Positions 35,533 through 45,947 of a DNA stretch of 52,045 nucleotides are shown here, piece after piece. Origin of the DNA: a virus. Its lineage: Duplodnaviria > Caudoviricetes. Within the stretch, counting starts at the first letter, position 1. Every line of letters starts with the position of its first letter. A model generated the notes under the pieces. That model saw only the letters and a list, made by a program, of their open reading frames with translations. It made no database searches and had not been told where the DNA came from. Position numbers and translations under genes: made by a program. The stretch spans positions 1 to 52,045 of IMG/VR virus record IMGVR_UViG_3300047376_000089, one strand, 5' to 3'.

Positions 35533-35787
35533 TTACTTACCAAATGTCATCCAAACAGCACCTGCTATGAATGTTAGTGTTCCAACTGTAGCTAACTTTA
35601 CTACAGTGCTCCATATACTTCTACGTGTATCTCTCCATGCTTCTATCAAGTTACGCATTTCTAATATATCTTTTTGTGCATCATTATCAAGTAGCCCAAT
35701 AGAACGTAGTGCCTCTTTAGCACCACGCCTAGCTGCATTGTCTAGCATTACCTCTATTTCTTCTGATGTTAGTTTAATATCTGCCAT
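35533..35787 (-). CDS. DUF6127-like small membrane protein
   Basis: AARRGAKEAL..IGL..AQKDI.EMRNL.EAWR; C-terminal TM. Confidence 0.65.
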   Translation of the reverse strand: MADIKLTSEEIEVMLDNAARRGAKEALRSIGLLDNDAQKDILEMRNLIEAWRDTRRSIWSTVVKLATVGTLTFIAGAVWMTFGK

Positions 35788-35797
35788 AGTTTACATC

Positions 35798-36262
35798 TTA
35801 TGGTTTAGTAGGCCAATCTGATTCTTCTAACCAAGGCCAGTTAGAGTGCGTAGAAATATTACGTAATGCTTCACGATAAGCTATTTGATCAGCAGTCATG
35901 TCAGGTGTATCAGATAAAGCCCAATAATCTGTTTCAGCAAAAAGAAAACTACGATGATCTCTTTGCATTTGTGCTTGTCTATCGTTTATTTCATTTATTT
36001 CTTCCTGAGTTTTATTTGTAACTGTCCATACTCTAGTCCATACATTATCTATTAAAGTAGGCACACTTGATAAATTTATATTCTGTGTTCTTGGGTTAAA
36101 ATCAGAAGGCGCATCTTGACTTACCACAGGATAAATATTATATGATGCTAATACACTTTCTGGTATTTCTTGAGGAAAAGACGTTTCGGGATTTTCCTTT
36201 TTTAACATGTTAAAAGTATAAGGAAAAACATCCACACTTCCATTCTTAATTTTTACGTACAT
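35798..36262 (-). CDS. Tail fibre assembly chaperone
   Basis: R...F.ETDY...D......YREALRNI.....WPTKP. Confidence 0.8.
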   Translation of the reverse strand: MYVKIKNGSVDVFPYTFNMLKKENPETSFPQEIPESVLASYNIYPVVSQDAPSDFNPRTQNINLSSVPTLIDNVWTRVWTVTNKTQEEINEINDRQAQMQRDHRSFLFAETDYWALSDTPDMTADQIAYREALRNISTHSNWPWLEESDWPTKP

Positions 36263-36275
36263 TTTTTAATCTCCA

Positions 36276-37823
36276 TTAAATTGGTGTTACACTAAATATA
36301 TTAGCCACAGAATTAGTGTTAGATTTATCTGTATAACTAGGGGTATCTTGACCACCATAATTACTAATATAATTGTTACTTACACTCCAGTAACTTCCTA
36401 CACTTCCAGTAGCTGCTGTTCGACTTGTTGTAGTAACTGAAGGACTTTCTATTGAAAATGGCATATTCTGAATTGTATAACTTCCATTTGAAGAACCATC
36501 AAGAGGTATCCTAGCTATAAAATGGCTATATCTATCGGAACTAGTTATACCATTATCAGCCCAAGCCCCTACCATGTAAATATTGCCATTCGTTCTATCT
36601 ACGGAATAACCATAAAGATCATTAGTAACTGATCCTGCAGTAGCTGTAAGGTCTGCTTTTATACTAATAGTACGTTGAACTGCTAAACTAGTATCTAATT
36701 CCATTACAAAAAGTTCTTTGTATCTTAGAGTGCTATCACTTGAACTTGTAAAATAATAACCAGATCCCCCAACAAATAGTCTATCATCTGTACCACATAT
36801 TAAACTCATTGTATTTAAATTAGGAACATGTAAAGTGTCAAATTTATATGATTTTACTGCTGTAACATTTCCTGTACTATACGAAATTTTAAAGATAGCC
36901 ATCTCCACCTCCAATACTCCGTTTGATCCATTACTTATTTTCATTTGATGACCAAAGTAAATATTATTATTACTATCTCTCACCATATTAGTGTGACCTG
37001 TTTGTTCTATTGTATTTGCTACCGCATAGCTACTACTCCATGATGCACCTGAGGCTGCATAAGGCCAATAAGTTGCAACCATTGCCTGACTACCATTAAA
37101 GTTAGATATTGAGCCTATATCAGTATACGTACCGTAAGCATTGGCTTTAGTTTGATATACACCCCCTAAATTAGGGCTAAGTGCCACACCTGCTAAATAG
37201 GTATTTACACCACTGCTATGTTGCCACTGCCACCCTCTTGTGTGGGTATTTACGTAATTACTTGTAACAGAATATTCGTCAAGGTTACTACTAGTATCGG
37301 CATCCCACGCATATCCATATTCAGAATTTCTTGCGTTTGCTGAACTTCTACTTCTATAACTTCCTACTACCGCATCAATATGTTCATCTATATGCATATT
37401 TTGAAAAGCTGTAGCAGTTGTAGTACCACCCTGAAAAGTTCTACTACCATCACCTGAAGCATAATCGGGATTTGTTTTTACCATAGCACAGTGATTATAA
37501 TTATTTGCTATAGTAGAAACTGTAGCACCTGTGTATACATGGCCTTCGTGAAATGCAACAGCACCTGTTGGAAAATAATTACTGTTTCCTCCTGAATTAG
37601 AGTCTATTTCAACTTCTTTTGTTAAAAGTAAATCAGAGTCAAATTTAACTAAAATTCTATTGTAGCTATCATTTACATTATACATTCCATAATATACATT
37701 TCCATCTGTATCGAAACCACAACCACGGTTATTTCCACCTGCGCCTGTGATTTTAAAATAGGACCAAAGACCATCACCACCACCTGCAGCACCACCTAAT
37801 AAAACTCTTTTCCAACTTGTCAT
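36276..37823 (-). CDS. Putative receptor-binding/tail fibre tip protein (beta-rich)
   Basis: S/G/N/Y-rich, blade-like D..GNVY repeats; lies between fibre and chaperone. Confidence 0.6.
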   Translation of the reverse strand: MTSWKRVLLGGAAGGGDGLWSYFKITGAGGNNRGCGFDTDGNVYYGMYNVNDSYNRILVKFDSDLLLTKEVEIDSNSGGNSNYFPTGAVAFHEGHVYTGATVSTIANNYNHCAMVKTNPDYASGDGSRTFQGGTTTATAFQNMHIDEHIDAVVGSYRSRSSANARNSEYGYAWDADTSSNLDEYSVTSNYVNTHTRGWQWQHSSGVNTYLAGVALSPNLGGVYQTKANAYGTYTDIGSISNFNGSQAMVATYWPYAASGASWSSSYAVANTIEQTGHTNMVRDSNNNIYFGHQMKISNGSNGVLEVEMAIFKISYSTGNVTAVKSYKFDTLHVPNLNTMSLICGTDDRLFVGGSGYYFTSSSDSTLRYKELFVMELDTSLAVQRTISIKADLTATAGSVTNDLYGYSVDRTNGNIYMVGAWADNGITSSDRYSHFIARIPLDGSSNGSYTIQNMPFSIESPSVTTTSRTAATGSVGSYWSVSNNYISNYGGQDTPSYTDKSNTNSVANIFSVTPI

Positions 37824-37827
37824 TTAT

Positions 37828-39168
37828 CTACCCCATATTGTTTGCTGCTAAAAATCCATACCACGTAGTTCCACCAGTATACGTGTAAAATCCAAACTGA
37901 TCTATACCTGAAGCTGCAGATGTTAAAGGAGGTGTAACACTTTTTTTCCATATTACACTAGTAGGCCATGTAACTGTATAGCCACTATTACCTGTATCTT
38001 GTTTAACTACTAAAGAAAAACCATAAGCTGTACCACTGGCAGGTGGATTACTAAAAACAAACGTTGTATTTTCACTTAATGTTGCTTCAAATACATTACC
38101 AGTTTCACAATTTACAGTTGTTGTATTACTTGATGATGAAATACTTTGATATGTTTCGTTGTAAGATTGTACCACAAGTTCACCAGTAATGTCAACATCA
38201 CCTGTGTGTGTTTCACCAACTTTTGCATCTAGTTGTGTCTGTATTGCAGATGTTACACCATCTATAAAATTAATTTCTGTAGTGCTTGCAGTTACACCAT
38301 CTAGCAAGTTTAACTCTGCAGTTGAAGCTGTAACACCATCAAGTATATTTAACTCTGCTCCTGTAGATGTAACTGCCGTACCGCCTAATGTAAGAGTTGT
38401 TGTAGCAAGATCAATATTTCCAGAACCATCAAAGTTAGCAGAGGCTGAAGTAATTCCCGATATAGCAATAGTACGTGGTGTAGCAAGTGTAGTTGCTGTA
38501 TCTGCATTACCTGTAACTGCACCTGTTAAATCGCCTGTAATTGTACCTGAAACAGTAGCATCTCCAGATACTGCTAGAGTTCCCACATTTGCAGTATCAA
38601 TAGAGCCAGTATCAATATTAGCAGTGCCATCAATATAGAGGTCTTTCCACTCAGAGCCACTAGCACCCAGATCATAAGTGTTATCAGCAGAAGGAATAAG
38701 ATTTGAAGCAATGTCTGCATTAACTGTCACCGTATCTGAAGCTGCATCACCTAGAGTTGTGTTACCATTAACTGCAAGAGTACCTGTAAGAGTAGTGTTT
38801 GTAGATACTGCTAATGTTCCAGTAATTGATGTAGAACCTAAATTTACTGCACCACTAGAAGTTACAGCACCACCAATATTAAGATCACCTGCTAAGTATG
38901 CATCTTTATATTTAAGGCTAGATGTACCTAAGTCTACTGTGTTTGTAGTTTTAGGACGAAGAACTGAAGTTGTTGCAACAACATCTTGAGCAGGACCAAG
39001 AACTGTAATAGGAGCACCTTCAGCAGCAGTACCATCGTGAGTGTGTCCACTAGAACTACTAAAAGCACTTTCTACCGCATTAAACTCTGTGTCTAGATCA
39101 TCAGCATCAATAACGTTACCGTTAGCAATGTTGTCTGATGTATCAGCACGTGTGTAACCTGTACCCAT
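37828..39168 (-). CDS. Tail fibre protein
   Basis: GHTHDG, ELNILDGVTAST repeats, C-terminal TWP.SV.W domain. Confidence 0.8.
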   Translation of the reverse strand: MGTGYTRADTSDNIANGNVIDADDLDTEFNAVESAFSSSSGHTHDGTAAEGAPITVLGPAQDVVATTSVLRPKTTNTVDLGTSSLKYKDAYLAGDLNIGGAVTSSGAVNLGSTSITGTLAVSTNTTLTGTLAVNGNTTLGDAASDTVTVNADIASNLIPSADNTYDLGASGSEWKDLYIDGTANIDTGSIDTANVGTLAVSGDATVSGTITGDLTGAVTGNADTATTLATPRTIAISGITSASANFDGSGNIDLATTTLTLGGTAVTSTGAELNILDGVTASTAELNLLDGVTASTTEINFIDGVTSAIQTQLDAKVGETHTGDVDITGELVVQSYNETYQSISSSSNTTTVNCETGNVFEATLSENTTFVFSNPPASGTAYGFSLVVKQDTGNSGYTVTWPTSVIWKKSVTPPLTSAASGIDQFGFYTYTGGTTWYGFLAANNMG

Positions 39169-39177
39169 GTTATTTCC

Positions 39178-40725
39178 TTACTTTTTATTTTCTATAGTAT
39201 ACTCTAAGATTGCAGTATCTAGAGTAAAACTGGCGTTAGTACTATTATCTTCAATACGTAAAGCAACTGTTGTACCTGAACCCATTAAATTATTTTTGTA
39301 TGTTTCGTCCTCAACTGTACTAAATAAAGACGTACCAAAAATTGATTGTGTAGAACCATATGTTGCACCACCACCTGTTCCAGTTATATCAAATACAGGA
39401 GGCTGTATTTTATTTGCATCGTTTCTATTTAGTCTAGTACTAGCTTTACAAGTAAACGATCCTTGAGGTTTAATATACAAATCTAATTTATAAAATGTTT
39501 TACGTACTTGTGGGTCGGTAATAGGCATATAAGCTGATTCATATATTGCATCAATTGCACTACCATCCCTATTAGAACCTACTTCTTTTTTATATATAAA
39601 TCCATCTTCATTTGCAAAATATATTTTTTCAACATCGTCTATTAAATTAGAGTCAGAAACATATACCTTAAAACCTTTTAACTCTGCCCACTGAAAACCT
39701 TGCCCACCTTGATCAATAAATTTAGTAGCTAACATTCCTTTAGCAACACTTGCACGTTCTGTGCTTGTATAACTAAATATTCGATACTGAGCTTTTTCAC
39801 GAAGTATATAACTATTAAAATGTGTTCCTGTAGAAATTTGTCTACTTAGGGTAGGTCTTACATTTTTAGATGCAACATCCAATCCAAAGTCACCAATACG
39901 TTCTGTTGAGCTAAGTGATCTAATGCCATCTGGTGCAAGAAACAAAACATCACCACCAACTTCTTGAATAGTATCTGGTTCTAAACAACCAATGCTATCT
40001 GTAACTGTTGATACTGTAAAATCTGCAGAGCTAGAACCTGTCAAACGTAGTATCTTATCTACACAGAATATAATAAGGTTATCACGATATACTGCTGTAC
40101 CTGTAATAGTTGAAGATACATTTATACTTCCTGCACCATTTGCAGGATTAAAGTCAGTATCTGTTTCTGGAGAAGTAAACACAAGGTCTGTGCCAACTGT
40201 AAAAAATAAAGTACTTTTAAATAGTGTTACATAAGAGGCATCTTCTACTGCAGTATTACCTGTTCCTGAATTTGTAAGATACGTTAATGCACCACTAGTA
40301 ACATTAAAATAAGCAGGATAGTTTACACCATCAACAAATACAATTTTTTCTGTGCCTGTAAAGTTATAGTTTTCTTTACGTACTTTTAAAATATTAGTGT
40401 CTGCAGCAGTTGCTAGAGAAGACCAACTAGGTGATCCATCGTTTGCATTTGCTAAGTAGTAAACACCATTACGTACTGCAATTACTTTTTGTGAGCCTGA
40501 GTCAGGAACTACACATACACCTTGCACAATACCTGATCCTGTTACTGCAGTGTTTATTAATTTGCTATAACCAAGAACTTTTTTATAACCACCGTCTAAT
40601 GTAGGTTCAAAGTTTTGTAGTATAGCCCCAGAACCTATGTTAGACATACCATGTTGTAAAGGACTAAGATTAGAAATTAACCCTCCACCAAACTGTATAG
40701 GAAATGTTTGCCATTCTGTAGCCAT
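39178..40725 (-). CDS. Tail tubular/nozzle protein (B-like)
   Basis: F.GGL N-terminus, beta-propeller-like, position after adaptor. Confidence 0.7.
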   Translation of the reverse strand: MATEWQTFPIQFGGGLISNLSPLQHGMSNIGSGAILQNFEPTLDGGYKKVLGYSKLINTAVTGSGIVQGVCVVPDSGSQKVIAVRNGVYYLANANDGSPSWSSLATAADTNILKVRKENYNFTGTEKIVFVDGVNYPAYFNVTSGALTYLTNSGTGNTAVEDASYVTLFKSTLFFTVGTDLVFTSPETDTDFNPANGAGSINVSSTITGTAVYRDNLIIFCVDKILRLTGSSSADFTVSTVTDSIGCLEPDTIQEVGGDVLFLAPDGIRSLSSTERIGDFGLDVASKNVRPTLSRQISTGTHFNSYILREKAQYRIFSYTSTERASVAKGMLATKFIDQGGQGFQWAELKGFKVYVSDSNLIDDVEKIYFANEDGFIYKKEVGSNRDGSAIDAIYESAYMPITDPQVRKTFYKLDLYIKPQGSFTCKASTRLNRNDANKIQPPVFDITGTGGGATYGSTQSIFGTSLFSTVEDETYKNNLMGSGTTVALRIEDNSTNASFTLDTAILEYTIENKK

Positions 40726-40732
40726 TACGTCT

Positions 40733-41452
40733 TTATACTTTCAATAAACCAAAAGTGCTTGGATTGCTATACTTTACAGTAGAACGTACATAGTCATAAG
40801 TATTAATATGTAAACTACGCATGTACTTAATACCCTGCTCAAATTTTTGTTGTGACAATTGTGCAGATGGATTATCACCTCTAAATTGATAAGCATAGTA
40901 CATAGCACCATCAGTTATTACATGTTTAAACTCTTGAGGTACTGTAGGTACATCATCTTGTAATTCTAATTCTACAGGATTACGATAATATTCATATACT
41001 AATTCATATGCTTTATCAGGTGTAGGAAATATTATAAATTCTTGACTAGGTGTTCTAGTTACATATCTTGGTTTACTTCGTATACCTGTATCGGTATTAT
41101 ACTCATAGTCAGAATACTTGTCAAGATATTCTTGATAGGTCATGCTTTGTAGTTTAGTAGTTGTGATATTTAAGTTACTATTACGTTTAATACGAAAGCT
41201 ATTCATGTCAATTGTTTTAGCATCATAAGGATAGCCGTACCGTGTAACACCTGCAGTTAATATATCTTCTTCTTCTACGTGATTCCAAGGCCAACCAAAC
41301 TCTTCATGGTTAATATGACGAATAGCAGCATTTACTGAATCTTTAGCTGAATTATAATAACCTGTAGCTGTAGAAAAGTTAGAACTTGTAAGCTCTACTT
41401 CATTGAGCCTACGATTTATTTCGTTGACAAGACCTAAAAAATTATATGCCAT
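40733..41452 (-). CDS. Tail tubular protein A/head-tail adaptor
   Basis: LVNEINRRLNE..WPW..FPTPDKAY..Y. Confidence 0.72.
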   Translation of the reverse strand: MAYNFLGLVNEINRRLNEVELTSSNFSTATGYYNSAKDSVNAAIRHINHEEFGWPWNHVEEEDILTAGVTRYGYPYDAKTIDMNSFRIKRNSNLNITTTKLQSMTYQEYLDKYSDYEYNTDTGIRSKPRYVTRTPSQEFIIFPTPDKAYELVYEYYRNPVELELQDDVPTVPQEFKHVITDGAMYYAYQFRGDNPSAQLSQQKFEQGIKYMRSLHINTYDYVRSTVKYSNPSTFGLLKV

Positions 41453-41772
41453 TATTTTTCCCTCACACGTAAAGATACTGTACGTTCAAATGTCAAGCCA
41501 TCAGATGTAGTTACAGTACAATGAAATTTATACTTTATATTATCTGTGCCTAAACTTATTCGTGCAGTAGCTACTGTATTTGTAAGTGTTGAAGATACGA
41601 GTTGTATACCATGTACTATAGGACCACTTGCAACAAGTGTAGTCTTAACTCCATCTGCATTGTCTACACTCCAAGCTGCAGTGTTTAAAGTTGCAGAACC
41701 AATAAAACGTGACCAGTCTATGCTGTAGTCTAGTATTTCATCAGGGTCTTTGTTAGGCCATTTTAATGACAT
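41452..41772 (-). CDS. Virion structural protein (fibre adaptor-like)
   Basis: KDPDEILDYSIDWS...ERTV.L.V motif. Confidence 0.65.
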   Translation of the reverse strand: MSLKWPNKDPDEILDYSIDWSRFIGSATLNTAAWSVDNADGVKTTLVASGPIVHGIQLVSSTLTNTVATARISLGTDNIKYKFHCTVTTSDGLTFERTVSLRVREK

Positions 41773-41784
41773 TATATATTCCTA

Positions 41785-42573
41785 TTATGCTGCACGTACA
41801 TATGACGTGTTTGTATTTGAAGAATGTGAAGACAAATAAACTGTACGTGCTCTACTATAGTTTTGTTTTATTGACTCATAGTCAAACTGTACTGCATTTA
41901 TAGTTTCATTACCTACAGTAAACGTTCCTTGAACTCCTGTTGGTACAACTACAGCCTTACAGACTATGGTTACAGTTCCTGCTGCAGATGTTCCCACTGC
42001 ACTGGCAGGTGTTTGTACACATTTAGCTACAATAGTTACAGAGCCAATAGAGCCTGTGGCTTCTTGTCCAGTAGGTACATTAGTTGAACCACCCTTACCT
42101 ACTGCTGCAGTTATTGCACTTGTACCTGCTACACCTGTAATACTAAAGTTAGCATCTGCTGAAGGAGTAATTTCATCCCCATTAACAGAAGGGTCATCTG
42201 TAATACAAGTAGCTGATACACCTGTTAATGCTACGTTCGCATCACCACCAAATGTAATGCCATTGACTGCACCTGTACCTGCTACACCTGTGACTGATAT
42301 TACAGTACCTGCACCACCAGTAATTGCAATACTACCTAATGTACCTGTACCTGCGACACCTGTAACACCATGTGTTACTCTACCTTGCTCGGTAGGTGTG
42401 CCTATTGTACCTGTAGCAGATACACCTGTAATAGCTACACTAGCACCACCTTTACCTTCTGCTGCAGTTACAGCACCTGTGCCTACTACACCTGTGAGTG
42501 CAAATGTAGCATCTTCTTGTTGTGAGCTTTCACCAAAAGCTACTACAGAAAAAGGATTTTGTCCAAAAGACAT
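41785..42573 (-). CDS. G/T/V/A-rich repetitive structural protein
   Basis: Repeated TGV.[GA]TG..G units. Confidence 0.7.
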   Translation of the reverse strand: MSFGQNPFSVVAFGESSQQEDATFALTGVVGTGAVTAAEGKGGASVAITGVSATGTIGTPTEQGRVTHGVTGVAGTGTLGSIAITGGAGTVISVTGVAGTGAVNGITFGGDANVALTGVSATCITDDPSVNGDEITPSADANFSITGVAGTSAITAAVGKGGSTNVPTGQEATGSIGSVTIVAKCVQTPASAVGTSAAGTVTIVCKAVVVPTGVQGTFTVGNETINAVQFDYESIKQNYSRARTVYLSSHSSNTNTSYVRAA

Positions 42574-42583
42574 TAGCTATTCC

Positions 42584-44935
42584 TTATGCGTAAGCAGCAG
42601 CAGACAGTACGCCTATCCAGTTGCTACCACCATCTCTTGTGTAAAAAGAATACAGATTACTTTCCCCACTCGCAGGGGCATCTGGTGCAGTACCACCTGC
42701 CCAATCTACTGTGTTGGGCCATGTGAGTGTGTGAGTACCACCTGCGACTACTTGTAAAACAAAACCAACCGCCACCCCTGATGTGGGGCTTGTGAAAGTA
42801 AATGTAGTATTGCCACTGGTTGTAAGGCTAAATCCACCACCACTGTTTACGTCAACGTTTGGACTTGTACCTGAAAGAGCATCGTAGTCCTCACGGACAC
42901 TGTCTGCGAGTGCTATACCATGGGTAGTTGCGCCAGTTGATGTTGTCTCAAACTTCTTGGAGTTGTCGTAGTAAAGGCTTACTGCGCCATCAGTGCTAAA
43001 GGTTGCCATTACCTCTGAGCTATTTTTATTTATAGCAACACCATTACCATTAGATGTAATTTTAAGGTCACCAGTACCTACATCAGTAATGTAGGAATGT
43101 GTACCATCATGATACATTTGTAAATCTGACCCTGCGCCAAAGATAGCTTTGCCGTTGTCACCTAATTTTATGTCATGGTTAAAAGTAGCAGACCCTGCAT
43201 CTGACATGTCTAGAATGAGGGCAGTAATATCCGCACCATTGTCTGCACCTGCAAACTTTATGTCTTTGTCGTTTACACTTGAAGATATAACAAAATCACT
43301 TGAGGAATTGGTTAACTTACCAAACTGAGTTCCACCATCTAGTAGGCGTATATTACCACCGTCAGCATCAAGGTTAATATCACCGCCAACATCTATGTAA
43401 AAGTCACCACTATCACTGATAGCTGATCCATTGATTGTGATGTCATCAACCGTAAGAGTTGTAAGTGTACCTAAAGATGTAATGTTAGGTTGTGCAGCCG
43501 TTGTGACTGTACCTGCTGTTGTTGCTGTAGCTGCATTACCAGATGTGTCCTGATTACCTGATGTATTAACTCCTGGTAAGTTTATATTTCCAGTACCATC
43601 AAAAGATACACCGCCTATATTCCTAGCTGTTGCAAGGGCAGTTGCAGTAGCTGCGTTGCCAGAGGTATTCTGATTACCTGCAGTGTTTACCCCTGCTAGA
43701 TCAATATTCCCAGTACCATCAAAAGAAACACCACCGATATTTCTAGCTGTTGCAAGGGCAGTTGCAGTAGCAGCATTACCTGTTGTAGAACCAGATGATC
43801 CCGACACATTACCAGTTACGTTACCTGTTACATTACCTTCTACGTTAGCTACAAGTGTACCTGTGCTAATTGTAAGATCACCAGTGCTTGCACCTGTAAA
43901 TGAACCTGTACCTACAATAAACTTATCTGCTGATTCATCAAAACCTATAAATGCATTGTTACTATCACCACGTTCTATAACAAGTCCTGCATCATTTGCA
44001 GGTGTACCTGTTGTTCCATTGGCAAGTTCTATCAATGCATCACTAACAACCATGTTAGTTGTGTTAACTGTAGTCGTAGTACCATTTACTGTAAGATCAC
44101 CAGACAGTGTTAAATCTGTACCTATTACTGCTCCTGTAAATGTACCACCTGTAGTAGATATACTTTTAATCTCTGCTGCTCCACCCATACCTGAGTGAGC
44201 ACTACAATAGTAATATAGTTTTGCAGCTACATCTTGTTCAAAACGTACCTCAGTATAAGCACCTGCACTACCTGCACTACCTGATGTAGTAACACCTGTA
44301 GTAAACTCACTACCACCGACATGAGTACCATTTGACGTTGTACTAAATCTTAATGGGTGTCCTGAGTTAGAACTATCCGATTGATCAAACCGATATGTTA
44401 CAGATGGTTTAAGTATTGCAGTTTGTTGTACTGTACCATCAAGTGCATACTTGTTACCACCAGAGTTTACTACTGTAACTGTAATTGTTGATAAAGGACT
44501 AATGTTGTCACGAGGTAAGTTTACATCTATATTACCTGAACCGTCCTCTGCAGTAATTGTAATAGAACCACTAGAACTGTCTACCTTTAAACCGTCACCT
44601 AGTTCAGCTACATCACTACCATTTAAATAAACTGCTTTTTCAGCAGGTTGTGTAATAAACACTTCAGCTTGTGCAGTAATGTTTATGGCATTTCCTGAGT
44701 TAGAACTTTCAAGAACAGTAGTACGAGCTAGGGTGGCACTACCTTCTGTCCACGTTCCTAGCCCGACTTCATAATCATTTGTACTAGGCACAAAGATACC
44801 ATAGTAAGTAGTATCACCGTTTGCTAAAGCAGCAGCAAAAGTTTGAAAGCCATCAATGTTACCATTAAGGACTATATTACCAGTGCCAGTTGTGGTTGTT
44901 GTTTGTTTTACTCTGTCTTTAACTACGAGAGCCAT
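42584..44935 (-). CDS. Mosaic tail fibre protein
   Basis: DRVKQTTTTTGTG N-terminus, cupredoxin-like domain, TARNIGGVSFDG repeats, C-terminal TWP..V.W domain. Confidence 0.82.
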   Translation of the reverse strand: MALVVKDRVKQTTTTTGTGNIVLNGNIDGFQTFAAALANGDTTYYGIFVPSTNDYEVGLGTWTEGSATLARTTVLESSNSGNAINITAQAEVFITQPAEKAVYLNGSDVAELGDGLKVDSSSGSITITAEDGSGNIDVNLPRDNISPLSTITVTVVNSGGNKYALDGTVQQTAILKPSVTYRFDQSDSSNSGHPLRFSTTSNGTHVGGSEFTTGVTTSGSAGSAGAYTEVRFEQDVAAKLYYYCSAHSGMGGAAEIKSISTTGGTFTGAVIGTDLTLSGDLTVNGTTTTVNTTNMVVSDALIELANGTTGTPANDAGLVIERGDSNNAFIGFDESADKFIVGTGSFTGASTGDLTISTGTLVANVEGNVTGNVTGNVSGSSGSTTGNAATATALATARNIGGVSFDGTGNIDLAGVNTAGNQNTSGNAATATALATARNIGGVSFDGTGNINLPGVNTSGNQDTSGNAATATTAGTVTTAAQPNITSLGTLTTLTVDDITINGSAISDSGDFYIDVGGDINLDADGGNIRLLDGGTQFGKLTNSSSDFVISSSVNDKDIKFAGADNGADITALILDMSDAGSATFNHDIKLGDNGKAIFGAGSDLQMYHDGTHSYITDVGTGDLKITSNGNGVAINKNSSEVMATFSTDGAVSLYYDNSKKFETTSTGATTHGIALADSVREDYDALSGTSPNVDVNSGGGFSLTTSGNTTFTFTSPTSGVAVGFVLQVVAGGTHTLTWPNTVDWAGGTAPDAPASGESNLYSFYTRDGGSNWIGVLSAAAYA
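43531..43780 (-). repeat. 120-nt tandem duplication in tail fibre
   Basis: GNAATATALATARNIGGVSFDGTGNI.L.GVNT.GNQ.TS twice. Confidence 0.9.
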
Positions 44936-44950
44936 AGTTTATGCTCCTAT

Positions 44951-45388
44951 TTATGCTATACGTATGATTGCGTTAGATGCATCTGCAGTTGGGAACTGAA
45001 TAGTGAAGTCACCGTTTGTAGATGTTTTAGTTCCACCAAAGTCAATTACACAAATTGCTTTGTTAGATGCAGATGAATTATATATAATACAACCATCAGC
45101 AGATATGGTAGCTGAAGCAAATACTTCATCAGTAAAGTCTACGATAGCTGTAGTTCCACTTACAGTAATAGCAGCACCATCTAGGTTTTGCCCACCTGCT
45201 GAGTAATTAGTACCAGAAGCTTCATCTGAGTTACCAGTTACATCTGAATAGTTAGTTGTTGCTGCACCATACGTTCCTGATGGTGAAGCTTTAATAAGTG
45301 CAAGCTTTAGAGTGTGGGTATCCAAGTCGTGAATACCACCCAATAGTTCTGACTTAAAGCTCGTGCACATTGCGGTTGTGATAGCCAT
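44951..45388 (-). CDS. Virion structural protein
   Basis: TSFKSELL.G.HD..T..LKLAL; DFGG.KTSTNG.F.IQFP. Confidence 0.72.
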   Translation of the reverse strand: MAITTAMCTSFKSELLGGIHDLDTHTLKLALIKASPSGTYGAATTNYSDVTGNSDEASGTNYSAGGQNLDGAAITVSGTTAIVDFTDEVFASATISADGCIIYNSSASNKAICVIDFGGTKTSTNGDFTIQFPTADASNAIIRIA

Positions 45389-45418
45389 TTTCTTGGATTC
45401 CTTCTGTTAAATATGACT

Positions 45419-45445
45419 AAAGGGGCAAGTTGCCCTGCCCCCCTA
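45419..45445 (-). terminator. Terminator-like hairpin after the capsid genes
   Basis: GGGGCAGG-GCAA-CTTGCCCC followed by a short TTT. Confidence 0.65.
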
Positions 45446-45458
45446 TAGTTGTTGCTAA

Positions 45459-45932
45459 TTAAGCAGCATCTCGACTTACTTCGTCAGCAGTCATTTCGCC
45501 TAATGCACTAACGTCCATCAATACAGCATACACACGTAGTGTACCTGCAGTGAATGATGCGCCAGAACCTGCAAGGGTTACATCAAGTGTATCTGCAGAA
45601 GTGATAACAATATCACCTGCTACAGTAGCTGAAGGGGCATAAGCTCCATCAGCAGCACCGTCAATATCAAATGCAGCCACATACTCATTGTCGTCTACAG
45701 CCGTACCTAAAATTGCGGTTGCGTCTGTAGATGCGTTCATAGTAGCAGAAGCTGTTACTTGAATACCTGCAGCCATAATTTTAGTATTGGCAGGTACTGT
45801 AAGAGCCTGTACTACATCGCCTGGAGCAATGCTGTTTGCGGTTAGGTCGATAGTTTGCTCAATCATATAAGGCTGTCGCCCTCGTGAAGAACTCCCATGT
45901 GCAGGAGCTAGTTGTGCAGTAATAGTAGCCAT
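45459..45932 (-). CDS. Capsid decoration/minor capsid protein
   Basis: Beta-rich 157 aa directly after MCP and before the terminator. Confidence 0.6.
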   Translation of the reverse strand: MATITAQLAPAHGSSSRGRQPYMIEQTIDLTANSIAPGDVVQALTVPANTKIMAAGIQVTASATMNASTDATAILGTAVDDNEYVAAFDIDGAADGAYAPSATVAGDIVITSADTLDVTLAGSGASFTAGTLRVYAVLMDVSALGEMTADEVSRDAA

Positions 45933-45947
45933 TGTCTAGTCCTCCCC

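Noticed and set aside
36276-39168. Diversity-generating retroelement acting on fibre tips
   Set aside because: No reverse transcriptase and no template/variable repeat pair seen
41966-42757. Long + strand ORFs opposite tail genes (also 38189-38638, 43683-44198, 29818-30303, 50646-51062)
   Set aside because: Antisense shadows of G/T/A-rich structural genes
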